Below are positions 57,940 to 64,000 of a DNA stretch of 64,000 nt, one piece after another. Every line of letters starts with the position of its first letter. The stretch's first letter is position 1. The position numbers and the translations under genes were made by a program. This DNA is from Bacteroidales bacterium UBA1176 (GTDB taxonomy: Bacteria; Bacteroidota; Bacteroidia; Bacteroidales; WCHB1-69). The stretch is from the NCBI GenBank assembly GCA_002311645.1, contig DBYW01000035.1:26306-90305 (forward strand), read 5' to 3'. The notes under the pieces were generated by a model, which saw only the letters and a program-made list of their open reading frames with translations, was not told where the DNA came from and did not search any database.

Positions 57940-57947
57940 TATTTTTG
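57940..57947 (+). promoter_or_regulatory. -7 element TATTTTTG for the AddA-like helicase gene
   Basis: 26 nt upstream of ATG 57974. Confidence 0.55.
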
Positions 57948-57973
57948 CCTTCTTAAAAAGAAGACTTCAAAGC

Positions 57974-60900
57974 ATGTTCACGACATATTCCGCATCGGCA
58001 GGTTCTGGCAAGACCACCCATCTGGTTGCCGACTTCATCGCGCTTTGTTTCAAGCACGACAGTCGCAATCTTTCGCAGGCGCGCCCCGACACGGGCACGT
58101 TCCGGCGCATCTTGGCCATCACCTTCACCAACAATGCGGCTGCCGAAATGAAAGAGCGCATCATACAAACCCTCGACGAATTCGCCTTTACGCCATTTGA
58201 CGGGATGAAATCACGCTCGCAAGCCATCTACCAGATGGTGGTGGACAAACTTTTCCAGTCCGACCGCGAGGATGCCGACAGTATCGCCGCCTTCATGCGA
58301 CGCGAGTCGCTCGAACTCCTCCGCAACATCCTTTACGACTACGCCCGTTTCTCGCTCAGCACCATCGACAGCTTCTTCCAGCGGGTGATCCGCTCGGCCG
58401 CACTCTCGCTCAACCTCAACCTCAACTATTCGGTCCAAATCGACCTCAACGAGTTCTTCATCCAAGCCATCGACCAACTGCTCAACGAACTCACGGCGGG
58501 CGGCGAGCTCTCCAAAAAGCTCGTCTTCATGCTCAACAACAGCATGGAAGACTCCGGAAACATCAAAGTGGACAAAGAACTGCGCCAAGTGCTCGACATC
58601 CTCTACGCCAATGCGGAGAAAAACTACGACTATCTGCAAATCATGCAGACATTTGCACCTGAAGAATATCGCAAAACCATTTCAAAATGGCGCAACATAA
58701 GGAAAGAGACCCCCGACAAGCTTAGAAACGCCATCAAAGACATCGCCGCCGAAGGCCAAAGGCATATCGACAACCTGCAAGGCCTCAACTTCCAGAAACC
58801 CACCTTGGGCAACTGGTTCAAAAAGGTGATGGAAGACCCCATCGCCAATTTCGAGTCCGACATCGAAGTGTTTGTGAACGAAAAAACGGGATCCTATTTC
58901 AAGAAAATGACGCTCACCGGAGACGAGCAGGCGAGAGCCGATGCTGAAATGCCCGGTATCATCGATTGTTTCAACCAAATCCGAGACATCCAAAAACAGT
59001 ATCGCACGGAATACCTCGATGCCTGTCTGCTGCTGAAAAACGCCGACAAACTGCTGCTGCTCTTCGACCTCAAGCAAAAGATGGACGAAATAAAGGAACA
59101 ACGCAACATCTTCATCCTGAGCGAATCCAACACCTTCATCTACGATCACATCAAAGGCAAGGACACACCCGAGCTTTTCGACCGCATACCCTACACGCAC
59201 TATTTCATCGACGAGTTTCAAGACACGTCCGACCTGCAATGGAAAGACCTCAAGCCCTTGATTGCCAACAAAGCCCTTTCCTCTAACGGACAAGTCACGC
59301 TTTTCGGGGACGTCAAGCAAGCCATCTACCGCTTCCGGAACGGAGAGGCGGATCTCTTCTACAATCTCATCGACTACACGCGACTGAAAAGCGACCCCGA
59401 CCTGGCCGCCGTGAGTCCCGAAAGCTACGAAAACGAAAGTCTCGACTACAACTTCCGCTCTTCCGCACCCGTCATCCGCTTCAACAACACATTCTTTGAA
59501 CGATACAGCCAAGATTTGGGATTGAGTCATTTTTATTCCGACGTGGAACAGAAAATCATGAAAGAAAGACCTGGTTTGGTTGAGGTGTTCGTGGCTGGAG
59601 TTGAAAATCCCGACGAGAAAAAGAAAAAAACGGATCAGGAAACGAAGACCCATTACTCCCCCACCCAACGCACCTGCCAACGCCAGGACAAGAATGTAGA
59701 GGCTTTTTGCAAGGGCACCGACGGACTCGCCACGGAAGATATCGAAGTGCTGCGCGCCGTCGCCGACGCCCTGAGCCGCGGCTATGACTTTGGCGACATC
59801 GCCATTCTCTATGCCGGCAACGACAAAAACACGCGCATGGCCAACCTGCTCATGGAATTGGGCTACCCCGTCGTGACGGAGAAATCCCTCGTGCTCAGCG
59901 CCTCGCCGGCAGTCAACCTTATCATCCAGGTGCTGCGGTGGCTCACACAACCTGACGACCGCGTGGCGCAAACCACCATCCTCCACCATGTCGCCAAACA
60001 AAAAAACAAGGAAACGGATTTGAACCAAGCCCTGCTCAACCTCCCTGATCTTCAATTCCAGAAGTTGATGAAGGATATCCAGGGCGAGGAGATGCCCCCC
60101 GAATGGAAATCGGAACCACTTTTCCCCTTGGTCAAAAAAATCATACACTTCTTCGACCTCGACGCCTCTCAAGACCCGTTCATCGTCGATTTTGAGAATG
60201 TTGTACTCCAATACATCCAGGACCGCAATGGCGAGCCTTCGCAATTCCTGGCTTGGTGGCAAATGCTGACAGACACGAACATGATGTTCTCCTTGACCCT
60301 GCCGACGGATGTCAATGCCATAAAAATCAGCACCATACATAAATCCAAGGGGCTTGAATACCCTGTAGTCATCTTGCCGTACAGAAGCACCACGAAAAGG
60401 GCACATTCCACATGGATCATCACGCCCGACCACCATGTTGCATACATCCCGCTGACCCAAAAAGACTGCATCGGCTCCTCCTTCGAAGCCTTGTACGAAG
60501 ACGAGGTGCGGCGCATGGAGTTGGACACGCTCAACTTGCTCTATGTGGCGCACACCCGTGCAGGTGACATGCTTTACGTTGTTACGGAGAACGCCAAAAG
60601 CGGGTATGGACACATCCTCTACGACCTCATCCTCAAGAACGAGAGGGAAACCACACCGTCCGACCCACTCCATTTCACATGCGACCCAGAAGATTCTCGC
60701 ATCCACTACACCGGCCAACCCGACTGGAGGAAAAAAAGCTCCACTGAAAGTCCCAAGGCTCCTATCACGCCTCCCATCAAGACCTCCCCGTTTTCCATCG
60801 GTGCCATCTCCAATCTCATCAACACGGACACCCAAAACAGTCAACAACTCACGGGCACGGCCGTCCATGACTTTCTGGCACACATAGAGCAATTTCCACA

Positions 60901-61231
60901 AAGCATGGAGGAGGTGGAGCCTCTCATAACGCACATGGAAGAGGCCCAACAGCAACGATTACGCGAAGTATTCCAGAAAATCTTGGAAAACGAGGAGTTG
61001 CGCCCATGTTTTGCGCCCGGTGTCCAGGCTCTCAACGAGACCACTATTGTCGACTGCGAAGGCGTGGAGCACCGCCCTGACAGAGTGGTGATATTGCCTG
61101 ACAAGGTGATGGTCATCGACTATAAGACGGGAAAACGTCACGATTCGTACCAAGAGCAGGTCGACGAATACTGCAACCTGCTGCGCGAAATGGGCTATCG
61201 GAATGTGACAGGGAGAATACTCTATATTTAG
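57974..61231 (+). CDS. UvrD/AddA-like helicase with C-terminal PD-(D/E)xK nuclease
   Basis: ATG at 57974, 26 nt after TATTTTTG. 1085 aa. N-terminal Walker A MFTTYSASAGSGKTT. Blocks IDEFQDTS and STIHKSKGLEYPVV. Nuclease motif RPDRVV...VIDYKTGK. Confidence 0.8.
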   Translation: MFTTYSASAGSGKTTHLVADFIALCFKHDSRNLSQARPDTGTFRRILAITFTNNAAAEMKERIIQTLDEFAFTPFDGMKSRSQAIYQMVVDKLFQSDREDADSIAAFMRRESLELLRNILYDYARFSLSTIDSFFQRVIRSAALSLNLNLNYSVQIDLNEFFIQAIDQLLNELTAGGELSKKLVFMLNNSMEDSGNIKVDKELRQVLDILYANAEKNYDYLQIMQTFAPEEYRKTISKWRNIRKETPDKLRNAIKDIAAEGQRHIDNLQGLNFQKPTLGNWFKKVMEDPIANFESDIEVFVNEKTGSYFKKMTLTGDEQARADAEMPGIIDCFNQIRDIQKQYRTEYLDACLLLKNADKLLLLFDLKQKMDEIKEQRNIFILSESNTFIYDHIKGKDTPELFDRIPYTHYFIDEFQDTSDLQWKDLKPLIANKALSSNGQVTLFGDVKQAIYRFRNGEADLFYNLIDYTRLKSDPDLAAVSPESYENESLDYNFRSSAPVIRFNNTFFERYSQDLGLSHFYSDVEQKIMKERPGLVEVFVAGVENPDEKKKKTDQETKTHYSPTQRTCQRQDKNVEAFCKGTDGLATEDIEVLRAVADALSRGYDFGDIAILYAGNDKNTRMANLLMELGYPVVTEKSLVLSASPAVNLIIQVLRWLTQPDDRVAQTTILHHVAKQKNKETDLNQALLNLPDLQFQKLMKDIQGEEMPPEWKSEPLFPLVKKIIHFFDLDASQDPFIVDFENVVLQYIQDRNGEPSQFLAWWQMLTDTNMMFSLTLPTDVNAIKISTIHKSKGLEYPVVILPYRSTTKRAHSTWIITPDHHVAYIPLTQKDCIGSSFEALYEDEVRRMELDTLNLLYVAHTRAGDMLYVVTENAKSGYGHILYDLILKNERETTPSDPLHFTCDPEDSRIHYTGQPDWRKKSSTESPKAPITPPIKTSPFSIGAISNLINTDTQNSQQLTGTAVHDFLAHIEQFPQSMEEVEPLITHMEEAQQQRLREVFQKILENEELRPCFAPGVQALNETTIVDCEGVEHRPDRVVILPDKVMVIDYKTGKRHDSYQEQVDEYCNLLREMGYRNVTGRILYI

Positions 61232-62307
61232 ACGATTTCCTCTTTGAGGCGTTCGGCGTTCTCAGCCACCTGCAGAGCCTGGAGCACCTCCTCGATGTCG
61301 CCGTTCATGAAGTTGGCGAGATTGTACATCGTGAAGTTGATGCGATGGTCGGTGACGCGGTTTTGCGGATAGTTGTAGGTCCTGATCTTGGCGGAACGGT
61401 CACCGGTAGAGACCATGGTCTTGCGCTTGGAGGCTATTTCGTCCAAATATTTCTTGTATTCCATTTCAAAAAGGCGTGTACGCAGCACGCGCATGGCCTT
61501 CTCAAGGTTCTTGATTTGGGATTTCTCGTCCTGGATGGAGACAACGATACCCGTGGGGATGTGTGTGAGACGGACGGCGGAATAGGTGGTGTTGACGCAC
61601 TGGCCGCCAGGACCGGAGGCGCAGAAGGTCTCCTTCTTGATGTCGCTTTGCTTGAGCTCGACATCAAACTCATCGGCTTCGGGAAGCACCACCACGGAGG
61701 CGGCGGAGGTGTGGACGCGGCCTTGCGACTCGGTTTGCGGCACGCGCTGCACACGGTGCACACCCGACTCGTATTTCATGATGCCGTAGGCTCCATCGCC
61801 GTTGACGGCGAAAACGATTTCCTTGTAACCGCCCACCGTGCCTTCCGTCATCGAGATGACCTCTATCTTCCAGCCCTTCTTGTCGCAGTAATGCTGGTAC
61901 ATGCGGAACAGGTCGCCGGCGAAGATGCTGGCCTCGTCACCGCCCGTGCCAGCGCGAATCTCCATCTGGGCATTTTTGCCGTCCTGCGGATCCTGCGGCA
62001 ACAGCAACAGGCGGATGTCCTCCTCCAATTTCTCTTTCTCTTCGGAGAAATTATCCAACTCCAGCTTGGCCATTTCGCGAAACTCCTCATCCTTCTCGTT
62101 GGCGAGGATTTCCTTGGCACTGGCGATGTTGCCGATGACGTCCTTGTAACGTTTGTAAGCTTCCACCACAGGCTGCAGATCCTTGTAGTCCTTGCTCTGC
62201 TTGATGAACTTCTTCATGTCGTTCATGGCGTCGGGCTGCGCGATGTCTTCGCCTATTTGCTGCCAGCGCTGGTATATAAGTTGCAGTTTTTCAAGTAAAT
62301 CATTCAT
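61228..62307 (-). CDS. prfA: Peptide chain release factor 1
   Basis: ATG at 62307. 359 aa. The decoding tripeptide context is RVPQTESQGR and the GGQ motif reads SGPGGQCVNTT. The stop overlaps the helicase stop (TTTAG / TAA). Confidence 0.9.
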   Translation of the reverse strand: MNDLLEKLQLIYQRWQQIGEDIAQPDAMNDMKKFIKQSKDYKDLQPVVEAYKRYKDVIGNIASAKEILANEKDEEFREMAKLELDNFSEEKEKLEEDIRLLLLPQDPQDGKNAQMEIRAGTGGDEASIFAGDLFRMYQHYCDKKGWKIEVISMTEGTVGGYKEIVFAVNGDGAYGIMKYESGVHRVQRVPQTESQGRVHTSAASVVVLPEADEFDVELKQSDIKKETFCASGPGGQCVNTTYSAVRLTHIPTGIVVSIQDEKSQIKNLEKAMRVLRTRLFEMEYKKYLDEIASKRKTMVSTGDRSAKIRTYNYPQNRVTDHRINFTMYNLANFMNGDIEEVLQALQVAENAERLKEEIV

Positions 62308-62333
62308 ATTTTTCCTCTCTCTTATAAGGGCGG

Positions 62334-62341
62334 CAAAGATA
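62334..62341 (-). promoter_or_regulatory. -7 element (TATCTTTG on minus strand) for prfA
   Basis: The minus strand reads TTTTTTGTATCTTTGCCGCCC, 26 nt upstream of ATG 62307. Confidence 0.6.
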
Positions 62342-62364
62342 CAAAAAAGTATGACTGAATTTTG

Positions 62365-62372
62365 TATTTTTG
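62365..62372 (+). promoter_or_regulatory. -7 element TATTTTTG for sufC-sufD
   Basis: ATTTTGTATTTTTGCACCCC, 19 nt upstream of ATG 62392. Confidence 0.6.
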
Positions 62373-62391
62373 CACCCCAAAACAAACCGTC

Positions 62392-63156
62392 ATGTTAAAA
62401 ATAGAAAATCTGCACGTTACCATCAAGGAGCGTGAAATATTGAAGGGTGTGAACCTTGAGGTGAAGGCCGGCGAGGTGCATGCCATCATGGGACCCAACG
62501 GCACGGGCAAGAGCACGTTGGCCTCCGTGGTTGCCGGCAAGGAGGGCTACGACGTCACCGCCGGCAGCATCACCTTCAACGGCAAGAACCTGTTAGAGCT
62601 GTCTGTGGAGGACCGTGCCCGCGAGGGCATCTTCATCGGCTTCCAGTATCCCGTGGAGATTCCCGGCGTGAGCATCGCCAACTTCATGCGCACCGCCCTG
62701 AACGAGATTCGCCAATACCGTGGCCTGGATCCGCTCAACGGCGCCCAGTTCATGCGCCTCATGAGCGAGAAGCAGAAGGTGGTCGAGCTGACCGACAAGC
62801 TCAAGGGCCGCTCCGTGAACGAGGGCTTCTCCGGCGGCGAGAAAAAACGCAACGAGATTTTCCAGATGGCCATGCTCGAACCCAAACTCGCCATCCTCGA
62901 CGAGACAGACTCCGGCCTTGACATCGACGCCCTCCGCATTGTCGCCAACGGCGTCAACCAACTCAAACGCCCCGATAACGCCACCATCGTCATCACCCAC
63001 TACCAGCGCCTCCTCGACTACATCGTGCCCGACGTGGTCCACGTCCTCTTCGACGGCAAGATCGTCAAGTCCGGCCCCAAAGAACTGGCCCTGGAGCTTG
63101 AGAAGCGCGGCTATGACTGGATCAAGGACGAGTACGAACAAGGAAAACTGGAATAA
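62392..63156 (+). CDS. sufC: Fe-S cluster assembly ATPase SufC
   Basis: ATG at 62392. 254 aa with GPNGTGKST, FSGGEKKRNEI and LAILDETDSGLD. Confidence 0.9.
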   Translation: MLKIENLHVTIKEREILKGVNLEVKAGEVHAIMGPNGTGKSTLASVVAGKEGYDVTAGSITFNGKNLLELSVEDRAREGIFIGFQYPVEIPGVSIANFMRTALNEIRQYRGLDPLNGAQFMRLMSEKQKVVELTDKLKGRSVNEGFSGGEKKRNEIFQMAMLEPKLAILDETDSGLDIDALRIVANGVNQLKRPDNATIVITHYQRLLDYIVPDVVHVLFDGKIVKSGPKELALELEKRGYDWIKDEYEQGKLE

Positions 63157-64000
63157 TGAAATCTTTTGCAGAAGCTTTAAAAACGCTGTCCGGCTTCCGG
63201 CAGCAGACCGCCCCCGACCCCTACCGGCCTGTGGAGGAGTATTTCAAATGCCAGGTCAGCCAGATGGGCTCCGAAATGCTGCCCATCCTCAACGGCTGGT
63301 ACGTACACGACAACGACGAACTTACCACCTACGACAACGGCGTGGTGGCGGGCAGCCTCAAGACCGCCCTCCAGCGTTGCCCCGAACTGGTGCGCCCCTC
63401 CCTTTCCCGCATCTCCGACAAGGAACGCAACGAGCTGACCGACAGCAACGAGCAGCAGTTCAACGACGGCATCTTCATCTATGTACCCGATGACGTGCGC
63501 GTGGAACGCCCCTTCCAGATCGTCTCCTTAGTCGACTCCCGCGACGACCTGTTAGTGCAAAACCGCCACGTCATCCGCGTGGGACGCAACGCCACCCTGT
63601 CGCTTATCCAATGCGACGACTCCATCCGCAATGCCAGCCATTTCCTCAACATCGTCACGGAAATCTCCCTCTCCGAGAACGCCACCCTGCACTACTACAA
63701 GACCGAGAACAAGGAAGCCGACTCGCACCTCTTCCACCACGTTTTCGTGAACCAGCAGGCTTTTTCGTTGTTCCAGTCCAACGCCATCACCTTCAATGCG
63801 GGTTATGTATGCAACAACATCCACGTCAACCTCAACGAGCCGTTCGCCGAGACGCGCCTCTATGGACTTTACCTCGTGGACAAGACCCAGCAGTGCGACA
63901 ACCATATCAAAATCAACCATATAGCCACAGATTGCAAGAGCTACCAGCTCTACAAGGGCATCTTGGACGACGAGGCGAAGGCCGGCTTCCACGGACATGT
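63156..64000 (+). CDS. sufD: Fe-S cluster assembly protein SufD, 3' end cut by window edge
   Basis: Not in the ORF track because there is no stop inside the window. My own translation from ATG 63156 (TAATG overlap with sufC) stays open to position 64000. It shows ...NDGIFIYVPDDV...LVQNRHVIRVG.NA.L..I...HYYK... and SYQLYKGILDDEAKAGFHG, which are SufD-like. Confidence 0.8.
   Translation, partial: MKSFAEALKTLSGFRQQTAPDPYRPVEEYFKCQVSQMGSEMLPILNGWYVHDNDELTTYDNGVVAGSLKTALQRCPELVRPSLSRISDKERNELTDSNEQQFNDGIFIYVPDDVRVERPFQIVSLVDSRDDLLVQNRHVIRVGRNATLSLIQCDDSIRNASHFLNIVTEISLSENATLHYYKTENKEADSHLFHHVFVNQQAFSLFQSNAITFNAGYVCNNIHVNLNEPFAETRLYGLYLVDKTQQCDNHIKINHIATDCKSYQLYKGILDDEAKAGFHGH

Noticed and set aside
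57527-57973. An attachment-site duplication of the tRNA-Asp 3' end that would mark the far island border, or an ncRNA (SRP, 6S, RNase P) in the 447-nt gap.
   Set aside because: The only similarity to the tRNA 3' end is a 6-7-nt match (GTCCGC near 57680), which is within chance expectation. I recognised no conserved ncRNA core motifs. The short hairpins present (CGCAC-ACCC-GTGCG and TGCCC-CAGTC-GGGCA) are weak and lack T-runs.
58682-60955. A 757-aa minus-strand ORF inside the AddA-like helicase gene.
   Set aside because: It is in register antisense to a gene with clear helicase and nuclease motifs, and shows the same mirror-ORF signature as the ORF at 23898-26852.
61228-61231. The stop-codon overlap of the convergent helicase and prfA genes as a regulatory feature.
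   Set aside because: The 4-nt overlap (TTTAG read as TAG on the plus strand and TAA on the minus strand) is a compact-genome coincidence. No hairpin or conserved element is associated with it.

Overview
This is a 64-kb chromosomal segment from a Bacteroidota genome, probably an anaerobic member of class Bacteroidia. That placement is inferred from type IX secretion (T9SS) and gliding genes, TAnnTTTG promoters, hydF and gene order. No database search was possible, so every product call rests on motifs read by eye from the ORF translations. I support 53 protein-coding genes (two cut by the window edges), one gene remnant, one tRNA-Asp(GUC), 9 intrinsic terminators, 25 promoter -7 elements, one promoter-overlapping palindrome and one 61/68-nt direct repeat. 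I saw no rRNA, CRISPR array, transposase or integrase.

Most of the content is core housekeeping:
- A T9SS core locus (gldJ, a porP/sprF-like gene, porU, porV) plus gldF-gldG.
- The uppS-bamA-3x ompH envelope operon.
- Ribosomal and translation genes (infC-rpmI-rplT, rpsF-rpsR-rplI, rpsP-rimM, prfA).
- gcvP, ahcY, mutS, dprA, rimO, hydF, sufCD, and M3 and M16 peptidases.

The parts most worth follow-up are:
1. An ECF sigma factor co-transcribed with a single-pass membrane partner whose only extracytoplasmic module is a T9SS type-B C-terminal sorting domain (33255-34764).
2. A translationally coupled pair of putative lipoprotein and radical SAM/SPASM enzyme, followed by two tandem paralogous Cys-patterned mini-lipoproteins that carry housekeeping-strength promoters (13636-15803).
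3. A 1078-aa outer-membrane protein joining PD40-type beta-propeller repeats to an Omp85 barrel (46882-50118).
4. An AT-rich islet beside tRNA-Asp, and a nearly invariant promoter cassette AAAAAAAGTGTATTTTTGCCGCC reused in front of highly expressed genes.
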